DNA from: a virus
Lineage: Duplodnaviria; Caudoviricetes
Strand: one strand, 5' to 3'
IMG/VR virus record: IMGVR_UViG_3300044511_000209
Coordinates: 1,676 to 65,675 of that record
Length of the DNA: 64,000 bases
Shown in pieces: positions 38,843-49,026 of the stretch. Under the pieces are notes generated by a model. It worked only from the letters and a program-made list of their open reading frames with translations, ran no database searches and was not told the DNA's origin. The position numbers and the translations under genes are program-made. The stretch's first letter is position 1, and every line of letters begins with the position of its first letter.

Positions 38843-39429
38843 CTGGCAATAAAGGGCACTTTAACCATCCAAGAACTTTTATCACGTATGATATTTAACC
38901 CCTTCGGTGGGAAAAATTCGCCGACAGCCCTTTTGACATCTCCATTAAAATCGTGGCCACCGATATACCCTCCGGGCCGAACGTGGGGGAAAAAATACGG
39001 TAGCTCTTTTGAGAAATTGTCGTATTTGTGGTCGCCATCTAAAAAAATGAATTCAAATTGTTTATCTGTTATTTTATCCAAAGACGATAATGATTCCGAA
39101 ATAATTGGATGCACATGTTGTTCAAGGTGTAAATCGACAATATTTTGCCAGAAAGCATTAAACGCACACCCGCCGAGTTTTTTTACAGCTTCTTGTTGGG
39201 CTTGACAAGTATTATCACCCGTCCACGTATCAACGGTATAAAATTTGATTTGTTTGCCTGACTTTTTGATTAACGTGCCCATAATCGCGGTGCTTTTACC
39301 AAGCCACGCGCCGACTTCTAAAAAGGTAAAATTATCCATCGCGCCCCGAACAATATCAAAATAAATATTTTCAAAATCACACCACCCCTGTATTTCTTGC
39401 GGGCTGGTAATAATAGGACCGAGACGCAT
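38839..39429 (-). CDS. Class I SAM methyltransferase (Methyltransf_24-like)
   Basis: EVGAWLGKST, VDTW, IFLDGDHKY, GGHDF. Confidence 0.9.
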   Translation of the reverse strand: MRLGPIITSPQEIQGWCDFENIYFDIVRGAMDNFTFLEVGAWLGKSTAIMGTLIKKSGKQIKFYTVDTWTGDNTCQAQQEAVKKLGGCAFNAFWQNIVDLHLEQHVHPIISESLSSLDKITDKQFEFIFLDGDHKYDNFSKELPYFFPHVRPGGYIGGHDFNGDVKRAVGEFFPPKGLNIIRDKSSWMVKVPFIAS

Positions 39430-39431
39430 AT

Positions 39432-40244
39432 TTAATCCGCGATGGGGTCTAGTTCTGGGGAATAAAAGAAAAACGGTTTATGGTTCTGGGGTATACGACC
39501 ATTCTTCCATCGTTTATTCAAAATATCGTCCCATTCCGCATCTGTCAAGTTAAGAATGGGTTCCTTTTGGCTTGGGATTTTGAGCCAAGATAATTGTCCC
39601 GTATCGTTCCGTCGGTGATAGGTGCCACCGTATTTTGTCTGATGTATTGAATATTTGCCGGTATCTGCGACGAGCGGCGGGTTCCAATTATGCACCGTTT
39701 TGTTGCAATGCGCCAGCCATTTTGACATGGTTTCCTCTGTGCTTGGAAGCTCATAGAAACGCCCGGCTCCGCCCCCGCGCGCAAAAATGTTTTCACAGTA
39801 AAAAGCCGTATTCACCATAAAGGCACGCTCGGAAAACACCCCCTTGCCCACCATTGCAAAATCAATCGCGCCCGCATCGGTTGTTTCCAGAACTGCCTTC
39901 ATCGTGTCCAATTCTTCCTGCCCGAAGTGGCGGCGCAGGGCATTATCGCACTGAAAGTTGATAAAATAGGGAGTTTGACAAAAGTGGGATAAACGAAGCG
40001 TCCCAAATCCACTCCCTTCATTTTCCCGGCTTAAAATAGCCTTATCAATCAAACCCTTTTCATACATTTCCCAGATGTAATATTGCTCGCCCCCGTTGGA
40101 TAGCAATACAACCTCGTAATTATCAAACTTAACAAAATGCCGGATGCTGTGAAGTAGATAACTGGTTTCGGCGGGGCGGCAGTAATCCAGAATAAGAAAG
40201 GTTAATTGCTTATCTAGGTATTCAAAGGCGGGGTGTGGATTCAT
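39432..40244 (-). CDS. GT2-like glycosyltransferase
   Basis: ILDYCRP, ENEGSG, YFINFQCD. Confidence 0.65.
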   Translation of the reverse strand: MNPHPAFEYLDKQLTFLILDYCRPAETSYLLHSIRHFVKFDNYEVVLLSNGGEQYYIWEMYEKGLIDKAILSRENEGSGFGTLRLSHFCQTPYFINFQCDNALRRHFGQEELDTMKAVLETTDAGAIDFAMVGKGVFSERAFMVNTAFYCENIFARGGGAGRFYELPSTEETMSKWLAHCNKTVHNWNPPLVADTGKYSIHQTKYGGTYHRRNDTGQLSWLKIPSQKEPILNLTDAEWDDILNKRWKNGRIPQNHKPFFFYSPELDPIAD

Positions 40245-41260
40245 CCGTAATGTTTACTCAAAATACAACTTATATTAGCTGCGCACCGCTCCCACGTCAA
40301 ATCTTTCGCAAAGCACGCCCCATTATAAGATAGCCGGGCGCGTTCTTCGGGGTGTTTATAAAGAGACGCCATGTTTTCCATCACGGCTTCGATACGGGGC
40401 ACGGCCCAATAAGGGGGTGTCCGATAGCCTTGGGTAAAAAAGAAGTTTCGCGCGCCAATTTGTTGCAAATCGGATAAAATACGACTATTCAAATGCTCAA
40501 TACGATAATCGCAGGTTAGGCCCGTAATTTCATCGAGAATATATTCACGGGGACCAGAATAGGACGTTGCAATGGTGGGGATGCCCATTGCCATTGTTTG
40601 GCACGGGGGCATCGCCCAAGTGGATGAGAAATTCAGGTAACAATGAGCGTCAAAGCAGGATAATAGAGCGCGCTCGGCTTGGGCGCTATCCAAATGGCAA
40701 TTATTGTAGATGCACTTGATGTCGTAATATTGAATTTGCTCGTTTATCCAGCGCTCGAATTCGGGGGTTCCATTTCTATCCTTAATATAAAGCAAAACAT
40801 CCTTATTACCCCCGAATAATTGGCCAAAGGCGTGCATTAAGACATCATACCCGCCGCGCACCAAACTTTCGCTATACGTTCCAATAACGAAGAAATCTCT
40901 CAAATTCGTTTTAGGTTCTGGGAAAAATTGGGTTGTATCCACGCCCAATGGTGTCCAGCTAACTAACGCCGGGTCAAGTCCACCTTCTAGCGCGAACCGA
41001 TAATTATCTCGACTGACGGCAATTACCGGAATCTTTCCGCATTGCTGGGTGATAATATCGGGAAAGGATAGTTCATAACAAACAATAAGGGCATCTGGTT
41101 TGTATCCATGATGGTTCGCGATACAGTCATACACCACGGTTTTACCCTGTTCGTCGTATAAATCCAGCCGCCGCGCGGCTTGATTAATATTGTCAATAAT
41201 AATCTGACTGCTAAACCGGGGTTGGTTTTTGGGGTCGCCTACAACCCTGAACTTTTGCAT
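40241..41260 (-). CDS. GT4 glycosyltransferase
   Basis: PLGVDTTQFFP, RGGYDVL, STWAMPPCQTMAMGIPTIATSYSG, LTWE. Confidence 0.8.
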   Translation of the reverse strand: MQKFRVVGDPKNQPRFSSQIIIDNINQAARRLDLYDEQGKTVVYDCIANHHGYKPDALIVCYELSFPDIITQQCGKIPVIAVSRDNYRFALEGGLDPALVSWTPLGVDTTQFFPEPKTNLRDFFVIGTYSESLVRGGYDVLMHAFGQLFGGNKDVLLYIKDRNGTPEFERWINEQIQYYDIKCIYNNCHLDSAQAERALLSCFDAHCYLNFSSTWAMPPCQTMAMGIPTIATSYSGPREYILDEITGLTCDYRIEHLNSRILSDLQQIGARNFFFTQGYRTPPYWAVPRIEAVMENMASLYKHPEERARLSYNGACFAKDLTWERCAANISCILSKHYG

Positions 41261-41265
41261 GACTG

Positions 41266-42198
41266 TTAAACAAACGTCACTTCCTGAATATCCGCTCGAG
41301 AAAAGGTATCATAATCCTTTGGAAAATGCCCCCCGTTGACCCCTTTAAAACAACCCCCCTCTGGAAAAAAGCGAGGGTCGAGTTTGCCGTTAATGCCCTG
41401 ATTTGCGGCGTGAAAGGCGATACTGGCGTCTGCAATATTGAGATATGCAAAATGTTTACTGGTATCAATACCATTCTTGAGCATCCATTTGTAATGCAGA
41501 TAGGTATGGGTTCCGCTCATGTGAGCGTCTGATGCGCGCGTTCTATCCAGCCCTACATGAAATCCCCGATTCATCCCTTTCCAATATTCCGCTTCGGCAC
41601 CCAAGTCTTGAAAAAGGAATTCCCTAATTCTTTTCCAATGTAAGATTTGACAACCACACGAGTTAGACGCGCCAAATACTTTCATTACGCCAGTTGCAGT
41701 ATCCAAATCGAAAGCGTCATACATATGATTCCGATTACCAACATCCTCCCCATATTGCTCCTTCATTAATTCAACAAACGAACCGTGCGTTTTTTCTCTT
41801 TGATACATGTCGGCATGGTCGCAGCCGGGTATCGCAATGGTATGGGGTGCGGCCAAGAATAATGCACACACGTCATCTATCCATCCCCTCCGAAAAAAGT
41901 AATCCCCCTCGATAATACAAACAATATCAGGATTATGTTGAGCTATCAAATTATAGGCGGTTTGGAATTGATGTCCGACCCCCAAATTCGCACGGTTCAA
42001 TACGAGGTTAATAGGGAAGGGGTGGGTATGGGAAGTATGGGCGAAATTCAACAAACTATGTTGCAAATCAGGATTAGAGCAATCATCCAAAATATACATC
42101 ATGTCAGGCTTGATGGCGGTATTGTCAAGTGCCGTGCGGATACACTCGCCCAGTGCCTTGGGGCGTTCGTAACTAAGAATAATGTAAAGCAGCCTCAT
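41266..42198 (-). CDS. GT2 glycosyltransferase
   Basis: SYERP, ILDDCS, NLGV, IIEGD. Confidence 0.8.
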   Translation of the reverse strand: MRLLYIILSYERPKALGECIRTALDNTAIKPDMMYILDDCSNPDLQHSLLNFAHTSHTHPFPINLVLNRANLGVGHQFQTAYNLIAQHNPDIVCIIEGDYFFRRGWIDDVCALFLAAPHTIAIPGCDHADMYQREKTHGSFVELMKEQYGEDVGNRNHMYDAFDLDTATGVMKVFGASNSCGCQILHWKRIREFLFQDLGAEAEYWKGMNRGFHVGLDRTRASDAHMSGTHTYLHYKWMLKNGIDTSKHFAYLNIADASIAFHAANQGINGKLDPRFFPEGGCFKGVNGGHFPKDYDTFSRADIQEVTFV

Positions 42199-42200
42199 AT

Positions 42201-42542
42201 TTAATACGCCCCACGTTTGGGGAACAGTCCGTTCTCATCTGGACATTTTAAACAAAAATATTCAGGCTTTTCGTTCAGAGTCCAAACCTCAATAATATCG
42301 CCCGCATTGGCTTTACCTAATAGGGCCATGAATTCTTCCCATTCTGAGCCCATTGTCCAAATGGGCGCAGTTGCAGCACAATATAGCCAATGCTTGCAAA
42401 AGAAATCTTCAAAAATATCTGTATCATCCACCGTGGATAAATATTGCTTAAGACGCGAGAATTCTTCATCAAAAGAGACGTTTGGTTCCCATTGATGGAT
42501 GGATAAATCGGGCTCTGTAAACAGATGATGGAACCGTATCAT
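42201..42542 (-). CDS. Hypothetical protein in the glycosylation cluster
   Basis: Tightly packed 113-aa ORF. Confidence 0.6.
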   Translation of the reverse strand: MIRFHHLFTEPDLSIHQWEPNVSFDEEFSRLKQYLSTVDDTDIFEDFFCKHWLYCAATAPIWTMGSEWEEFMALLGKANAGDIIEVWTLNEKPEYFCLKCPDENGLFPKRGAY

Positions 42543-42546
42543 GGTG

Positions 42547-43578
42547 TTACCCTAATGCGTTTATTAGCTGGCTGGCTGATTTATCCCATCCCCATTCGTT
42601 AACTACGGGTGCACGGGTATCAACAGCCTTTAAGTTGTCCCAATTCTCATATACATCATACAGTTTTTCCGCATACTTATCCACGGAAAAATCCCAAAAT
42701 AATGGGGAGTCGCCATAGCAAAATTCCATTGGATAGCAATTGGTTAACCCCCAATATTGCTCCAAATCGGGAGCGACAAACTCAATTGGCACCTGATTAT
42801 TGGGGCGTAGTAAAGCTCCGAAACCGGGTTTGATAAGTTCATTGTTAGGCGCAACATCCCCTGTAAGGGTATAACAGCCACACGCCGAAGCTTCCAACAA
42901 CGGAAGTCCGAAACTGGCTGCACGAGTCATGTAAAGGCAAACGTGGGCCGCGCTATACAAGTCGCGCAACGCGCTATTATCGAGGCGCTCATTAATATAC
43001 ACGATGTTGCTGCCCGCCGCTTGATAATCCTTAATAATATCTGCGAGCCTAGCAGAATCCGACGTGTTCTTGATGATTAATTGAACATCAAAGCGATTCT
43101 TGAATATGGTATGGTAAGCCTTTAACGTCAAATCCAGCCCTGAACGCACATTAGAAAAACCAACATGCAGAAAGGTGAAAACCTCATTTTTGGGTTTTGT
43201 GGGCTTCCAAAAGTTAGTATCGCAGCCTGCGTAAACCGTGGGGCAAATAATGCCATATTTGGCCCATAAGTCCGTTACCTGACGGCTAAGGCCCAAAAGT
43301 TTTGGTTTGTATTTCTCATACAGGGCCAAGTGCTGGAAGGATAGGGCGGAGGCTTCCCAAACGTGTAAAAGGAAGGGTCTTTTATCCTTATATTTGAAGG
43401 AAAAATCCAACCCGTCACAAATACCCACCCAATCAGCTTTGTCTGGCGGGGTATATTGCCTTAATTTCCCCAGAACTTTATTAAGATTAATGGCCACAAC
43501 GCCGAATGAGCCCGGATTATTCGGATAATTCGGGTCGCTCTGCGCGCGAGGGTCTTTATCGATTAGACAGATGGGCAT
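42547..43578 (-). CDS. GT4 glycosyltransferase
   Basis: GCDTNFWKP, FTFLHVG..RSG.D, SFGLPLLEASACG. Confidence 0.85.
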   Translation of the reverse strand: MPICLIDKDPRAQSDPNYPNNPGSFGVVAINLNKVLGKLRQYTPPDKADWVGICDGLDFSFKYKDKRPFLLHVWEASALSFQHLALYEKYKPKLLGLSRQVTDLWAKYGIICPTVYAGCDTNFWKPTKPKNEVFTFLHVGFSNVRSGLDLTLKAYHTIFKNRFDVQLIIKNTSDSARLADIIKDYQAAGSNIVYINERLDNSALRDLYSAAHVCLYMTRAASFGLPLLEASACGCYTLTGDVAPNNELIKPGFGALLRPNNQVPIEFVAPDLEQYWGLTNCYPMEFCYGDSPLFWDFSVDKYAEKLYDVYENWDNLKAVDTRAPVVNEWGWDKSASQLINALG

Positions 43579-44167
43579 GATAATGTTTCTTAAAGAAATC
43601 GGTATCTTTGTATTGGCAATGAACTATCGAGCCGTCGGGATGAAAGGACTGTAAATTACTAGCACCACAAAATTCATCAATCGCTCGTTTGAGCCCACCG
43701 TTATCAAAATGTTCCGAATAATCATCGAATACCAGTTGTGTCGTTGGTTTGAAACACCTTTTCCAAGCGTGTAAATCCGCGCTAACGGCTTTATAAGTAT
43801 GCTCACCATCAATAAAAATAAGGTCAATCCAATAGGGAAATATGAGCGCGACTTCCGTTGAATAGGCTCGAATCGGGAAAATCTTAGAAAATAACTTATC
43901 TCCGACGTTACGGCAAAAACGATGAAAAAACACGGTGCCACCACCCTGTTCCCTCATTGTAATAGCTGTAACGTCTTTCTCGCATCCATATTTGGGAGAA
44001 TCCCAATGCCACGGGTCCACCGCGAACACTATACGCTGGTCTTGGGCTAAAAAAATGGTAGATAAACCTTCAAACGCTCCAATTTCTACCATCGTAGCAT
44101 TGGAAGCCGTCAATGTCTGGACAATTTGCGCGATAGTATGGGTTTGATGTGGGTTAGATAATATCAT
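43556..44167 (-). CDS. Class I SAM methyltransferase (Methyltransf_24-like)
   Basis: VEIGAFEGLST, VDPW, IFIDGEHTY, FDDY. Confidence 0.9.
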   Translation of the reverse strand: MILSNPHQTHTIAQIVQTLTASNATMVEIGAFEGLSTIFLAQDQRIVFAVDPWHWDSPKYGCEKDVTAITMREQGGGTVFFHRFCRNVGDKLFSKIFPIRAYSTEVALIFPYWIDLIFIDGEHTYKAVSADLHAWKRCFKPTTQLVFDDYSEHFDNGGLKRAIDEFCGASNLQSFHPDGSIVHCQYKDTDFFKKHYHAHLSNR

Positions 44168-44168
44168 G

Positions 44169-44687
44169 TCAAAAACGTGCTATGCCGATGTTTAGTTCTG
44201 GTATTATAAACGTCTTTAAATGGAATAACTTCTCTGCTTCCAATAAAACTTGTCGAACCGACGGGGAGCTTACGTCATGCAAAACAAAAAGTCCGTTATG
44301 CGCAAGCAGATTCAGGAAAATGCAATTATGTATATCTCTCATGCAGCAATCATAGGTATGGTCGGCATCAATCAAAACCAAATTACAGTGATGGATGTTT
44401 TGATACAATACTCGAAGATGCCCGAGGTCCTGACTGTTTGAATTTCCTATCCGAAAGTCGTAAGTATCCGATGGAAATTGTTCAAGCGCGAGTTTCGCCC
44501 GTGGGTGTGGCTCAATATCAACGAGAAATAGCTTGCTCTCGGGAATCTTGTTTTGAGTCATTACATCCAAAATCCGAACGGCGGTATGAGCGTCATGGCC
44601 AACGCCAATCTCCAATACCTTGCTTGGCCTCATTTGTTCAACAAGGCCACACACAAAAGGTCGATAACTCTCTACACTAGGGTTCAT
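44169..44687 (-). CDS. Class I SAM methyltransferase (Methyltransf_24-like)
   Basis: LEIGVG, LIDADHTY, VLHD. Confidence 0.85.
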   Translation of the reverse strand: MNPSVESYRPFVCGLVEQMRPSKVLEIGVGHDAHTAVRILDVMTQNKIPESKLFLVDIEPHPRAKLALEQFPSDTYDFRIGNSNSQDLGHLRVLYQNIHHCNLVLIDADHTYDCCMRDIHNCIFLNLLAHNGLFVLHDVSSPSVRQVLLEAEKLFHLKTFIIPELNIGIARF

Positions 44688-45553
44688 TTTTGTGTGATTT
44701 TTTCCAATAACACCATCACGTCTGTTACTTGGGCGGACAAATCCAAGTTATCCCAGCGCTCTTTATTATCGCATTTTTCTATGAAGCGCGCAAGCATTAT
44801 TTTCAAAGGGGCAAATTGGCGCTCATCCTCAAACGAAAAGCGCCCAGCCTCATTAGTGGCTCCTTGATAATTTTCGAGCAACCTTATCTCGTAAAAGCGC
44901 CTGCGGGTCGGGCTTAAGTTACCCGTTTCAATATGCGCGATGCCATTATCAAACTTTAGGACAATTTCATACAGCCCGGCGTTTCTATCGTCCCGGTGTG
45001 CTATGGTTCTGAAAATTTCTATTGAATATGGGTATTCGCCCATAATATCGAGGGCAAGCGCAATATCATGGGGGGCATAATCCCATAAGGCCGAATAATC
45101 CCGCCTAAATGGGCCATAATTTTTCCCAATTAATGTAATATCCCTAAATTTCGTGTTGCCACTCTGATATTGTTTAAATTGCAAATAGGGAGGTTGCCAA
45201 AGATGGATGAAATCAACAATAAAGTTGCGCCGCCGTTCGTGGGCCAGTGCCCTTAGCTCCCTAGCTTGCTGAGGACAAAACACAAAGGGCTTCTCGCAAA
45301 TAACGTGCTTATTATGCGTTAATGCAAACTTTGCGATTTCGTAGTGGGTTGATGGGGGGGTCGCGATGATAACGCCATCGGTTAGGGGGGATAATATGGC
45401 TTCTTGGTAGCGCTGGACAAATTGGGTGCCTTCACCAAAATTAAATTGGGGAATGTGGCGGCTACAAATAAAGGATAAGGGCTGTCCTAACGTGGCAAGG
45501 GTATGAATATACCTCTTACCCATGTTGCCGGGACCGATGAGGGAGAATCGCAT
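44684..45553 (-). CDS. Gfo/Idh/MocA NAD(P) oxidoreductase
   Basis: IGPGNMG, IATPPSTH, ICEKP, WDYAPHD. Confidence 0.9.
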   Translation of the reverse strand: MRFSLIGPGNMGKRYIHTLATLGQPLSFICSRHIPQFNFGEGTQFVQRYQEAILSPLTDGVIIATPPSTHYEIAKFALTHNKHVICEKPFVFCPQQARELRALAHERRRNFIVDFIHLWQPPYLQFKQYQSGNTKFRDITLIGKNYGPFRRDYSALWDYAPHDIALALDIMGEYPYSIEIFRTIAHRDDRNAGLYEIVLKFDNGIAHIETGNLSPTRRRFYEIRLLENYQGATNEAGRFSFEDERQFAPLKIMLARFIEKCDNKERWDNLDLSAQVTDVMVLLEKITQK

Positions 45554-45559
45554 AGCTGG

Positions 45560-46636
45560 TTAGGCATAGTGTGTTTTTGCCCACTCCCAATACGATTTCA
45601 GTCCATCTTCCAAGGATGTTCCCGGACGATATGCGAGTTCAGAGCAAGCCTTGGTAATATCAGGACAACGGCGCTTCGGTTCGTTATCGGGATATTCGGC
45701 TGGATATTGGACAACTTCAACCTGCACATCCGATTCAGTCACCCTTTTGATTAGATGGGCCAAATCCCACATGGTAATTTCGGGTTTGTCATTCCCAATA
45801 TTATAAATCTCTCCTGCCCGACCCAACAATAATACCCTCAAAAACCCATCAATACCATCAACCACAAAACAAAATGTGCGGGTATTGTCGTTTTTGCCAT
45901 ATACCTTTAGGTTTTCGTTTCGTAATATAGATTTGAAGAAGTTGGGAATTACTCGCGTGTCAGATTTGTGAGCAAAACCATACATATTGAAAGGTCGAAC
46001 TACCTTTGTGTTTAATTTATATTTAGTGTAATAAATTTGGTTTAAAACCTCGATACATGCCTTTCCATAATCGTAGCAAGCACGGGGAGATGCGGTTGGA
46101 ATGGCTCCAACATATTTCTCATTAGTAGGAATCTGGTCATCGGGCGGACATTGATACACTTCGGACGAAGAGAAGTTCATGATGGATTGTGTTCCTCTTT
46201 CGTATGCTAAATCTAATACGTTAATTGTGCCCATATAAGATACCGCCATCGTATCGAGCGGGACACGTTTATAAACGTTTGGTGCGGCCACACCTGCCGC
46301 ATTAATGATAAAATCAATTGGTTTTTGGTCTAATTTACGGAAAAAGGGTTGGGTAATATCATGTTGTAAAACAACAATATTCGGGTCGTCCGCGACCCCA
46401 TCTGGCAATACAGACCCAACCGCCAAATTGTCCACCACAATCATTTTACATCGGGAATCGGGCCTACACGCCCACGACATAACTCTGTTCAAATACTGAA
46501 AATACTGAACAAAGATGCGTCCCAAAAAGCCAAACCCGCCAGTAATTAAGATGGTTTTACCCTCGAATCGGTTATTCAACGCGCCCAGCCCGTTCACAAT
46601 ACGGCTTAATTCAATTGTGGGAATGGTATCTAGCAT
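45560..46636 (-). CDS. NAD-dependent NDP-sugar epimerase/decarboxylase (UDP-xylose synthase-like)
   Basis: TGGFGFLG, SSSEVY, PRACYDYGK (YxxxK), RTFCFVVD, PKRRCPDITKA; start reassigned to MLDTIP. Confidence 0.85.
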   Translation of the reverse strand: MLDTIPTIELSRIVNGLGALNNRFEGKTILITGGFGFLGRIFVQYFQYLNRVMSWACRPDSRCKMIVVDNLAVGSVLPDGVADDPNIVVLQHDITQPFFRKLDQKPIDFIINAAGVAAPNVYKRVPLDTMAVSYMGTINVLDLAYERGTQSIMNFSSSEVYQCPPDDQIPTNEKYVGAIPTASPRACYDYGKACIEVLNQIYYTKYKLNTKVVRPFNMYGFAHKSDTRVIPNFFKSILRNENLKVYGKNDNTRTFCFVVDGIDGFLRVLLLGRAGEIYNIGNDKPEITMWDLAHLIKRVTESDVQVEVVQYPAEYPDNEPKRRCPDITKACSELAYRPGTSLEDGLKSYWEWAKTHYA

Positions 46637-47847
46637 GATATAACCTCTACCGATGGGGATGGATTTACCCACGCCCCTTTAAAATGTGTGTTTCTCTGTA
46701 AGATTTGCCCCTTGAAATTATATGCCCCGATAAATACCACATCCAAGTTTTTAGACCAAAAATCCGTTGGGGATTCAATTTTGATGTTTGTGCCCGGAAT
46801 GTATTTGTTCCATTTCAAATCGCTATCATCGGTAGCGCAATCAAAAAAGGGTGCAAGGTTGAAAAACTTCAACATGAAGGCTAACTTGGCGGGCACACCG
46901 AAAATCCCTATACGTTTGCCACTATTCTTAAAACCGGACAAAATATTATGAAGTTGCTGCTTATTGGTGTTCAACTCATTGAGCAGTGTTGCGTAGGTCG
47001 TTGGGTCATATAACCCCATCGCCGCCTCATCATTTATTGCCCGCATTACAGTTTCATCCTCTGGAAAAGCGTTTGCTGTTCGTTTGACATAGGCTCGAAA
47101 TGTCCCGTTTTGCACATTATTGAATTCTACCCGCACAATGGAATAACCGCGCGTATTAAAGAATTGCTGTAACGGCTTAATACTTAGGTATTTAAAATGC
47201 TCCGAATATACTTGAAAAATATCCCGGTTCCTTACGTTGTGCGGCCAATAGGCGTTCTCCATCACCAAAAAACCATTATCATCCAATAACACGTCAAGAC
47301 CCTCCATGATGGGCGTCAAATTACAGTGAGCCAAAACATTATTTGCTGATACCACCTTGGCACGTCCGAAATGTTTAACAATAGATTCGCAAACACCCTT
47401 ATCGAAAAAGCTATTGATTGTTAATACGCCGCGTGCAGCGGATTCGCGCGCTATGTTTGTGGCTGGTTCGACATTGACAACCTTTAACCCCAAATCATAA
47501 AAGGCAGATTCTATGAGCCCCGTATTGCCACCAATACCCACCATTAGGGCATTGGGGGTTAAATTCAAGAAACGATAGGCTGACCCAGCATAATCCTTAA
47601 AATGCCTTTCCAAACCTAGCGAGCTTCGATAATTGTAATTGGAAAATAGAACCTCTGCATTTACCAAATCCTTAAGTTGAAAACAGCCGCACGATTCGCA
47701 CGTAACAAGACGAAGCGGGGCTTCCAAATCGCTATCGTGTGAATTGACTCTCAGGTTATTGGCCAGCGGAACGTTACCGAAATCCCAAATGGGGGTTAAG
47801 TTGCCGCTATCACAGAGGTTGCACTTGTTAATTGTATGGAAAATCAT
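46630..47847 (-). CDS. NDP-sugar C-methyltransferase (NovU/TcaB9-like)
   Basis: CNLC...PLAN...CESC..FQL, YNYRSS, NVEPA.NIA, ANNVLAH, YSEH..Y, DDS.LK.KYIPG, AYNF. Confidence 0.9.
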   Translation of the reverse strand: MIFHTINKCNLCDSGNLTPIWDFGNVPLANNLRVNSHDSDLEAPLRLVTCESCGCFQLKDLVNAEVLFSNYNYRSSLGLERHFKDYAGSAYRFLNLTPNALMVGIGGNTGLIESAFYDLGLKVVNVEPATNIARESAARGVLTINSFFDKGVCESIVKHFGRAKVVSANNVLAHCNLTPIMEGLDVLLDDNGFLVMENAYWPHNVRNRDIFQVYSEHFKYLSIKPLQQFFNTRGYSIVRVEFNNVQNGTFRAYVKRTANAFPEDETVMRAINDEAAMGLYDPTTYATLLNELNTNKQQLHNILSGFKNSGKRIGIFGVPAKLAFMLKFFNLAPFFDCATDDSDLKWNKYIPGTNIKIESPTDFWSKNLDVVFIGAYNFKGQILQRNTHFKGAWVNPSPSVEVISC

Positions 47848-48242
47848 GCCTTGTTGTGTATCACTCTGAGTGAATGAGAGAATCGCACCGTATCGCCTTC
47901 ATAACTGTCCGAATCTCTAGGTAAATCGCTAAAGCACCAAAAAGAGGTATGGCAAGGGAAAAACATTTCATGCTCGACCATCGGTCCCGTATAATGATAA
48001 TCGCCTTTATTTAAGATAAGAAGTTTGGGGGTTTCCTCACTGTATGCCGGTCTTTCATAAAGGAAGATTTGCCCCTCGTTCACAAGAATCGTGTGTCCAT
48101 CCTTCTTGTGGTAATGGGAGGCTCTTGTTGTTTCGGGCGCGGAGTCAATAATGGAAATACTGCCCACACGACAAGATTCCAGAACCATTTGAATAGTGCC
48201 GCGTGCGTCCGTGTGTTTTGGGGTGTTTTTGAGGTTTTGCAT
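47844..48242 (-). CDS. Cupin (sugar 3,4-ketoisomerase/epimerase-like)
   Basis: HTDARG, RASHYHK, PMVEH. Confidence 0.8.
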   Translation of the reverse strand: MQNLKNTPKHTDARGTIQMVLESCRVGSISIIDSAPETTRASHYHKKDGHTILVNEGQIFLYERPAYSEETPKLLILNKGDYHYTGPMVEHEMFFPCHTSFWCFSDLPRDSDSYEGDTVRFSHSLRVIHNKA

Positions 48243-48244
48243 TT

Positions 48245-49024
48245 TTACAGAATATATTGCTTATATTTTGAAGCATTATTCAATAAAAATTGCGGGCAAT
48301 TATCTACATTTAAATCCACCCGTTCAAGTTGTGTCCGTGCACTCTCCGCGTGAACGCTTTCCATTGCGGCTATCCGCGCCTTGACATATTCGATGGTTTT
48401 CTGGTCTGGGCTAAACTCATCACTATGAGCGTAAAAATTCATTTTACGCACAATATCCTCGGGTGACATTAGAAATGTATAGTGCCAGCCCGCAAGGGGA
48501 ATTGTTTTGTAATTATACCAATGTTCGCGCGTTTCTGCCAAAGTTTCCCGTAGGTAAGGAAGCTTTGTAACGATAGTCGCCCTTTCCCAAGAATTACGCT
48601 TTGTATCCCTCAAATTGAAATAGTAGTAAAAAAGGTCATTCTGCAAGATAAGGGGTTCTGTGATGCCGGACGAGATTAAATCCCTCAGAATGTTCGGGTT
48701 GGGTATTTCATCCATATCGCCATGAAGCACGATATCATCCTTGCTTAAATGCGGGGATAAAAGTGTTTGAATAAAATTACGATATTGCCAATTGACCACA
48801 AATGGATTTTCATGCATAGGCAAATCAACCGTAAGTGAAGCAAGCTTATCCTTAAAACGCGCGAATCGCGCGGCATTATCCGCAAAATAAAGGGGTTTTG
48901 TTTTGCGCGTGTGCGACTGGCGGGACTCCACAAGAATAAACTTGTCAACGACGGAATCCAGAACATCTAAACGGAATTCTAGCAAATCCAATTCGTGGGA
49001 AAACATGAAAGTATCGTAAACCAT
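48245..49024 (-). CDS. GT17 glycosyltransferase (GlcNAc-transferase III-like)
   Basis: YDTFMFSHELDLLEFRL..L..VVD.FILVES, GDMDEIP, AGWHYTF, FYAH. Confidence 0.9.
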   Translation of the reverse strand: MVYDTFMFSHELDLLEFRLDVLDSVVDKFILVESRQSHTRKTKPLYFADNAARFARFKDKLASLTVDLPMHENPFVVNWQYRNFIQTLLSPHLSKDDIVLHGDMDEIPNPNILRDLISSGITEPLILQNDLFYYYFNLRDTKRNSWERATIVTKLPYLRETLAETREHWYNYKTIPLAGWHYTFLMSPEDIVRKMNFYAHSDEFSPDQKTIEYVKARIAAMESVHAESARTQLERVDLNVDNCPQFLLNNASKYKQYIL

Positions 49025-49026
49025 AT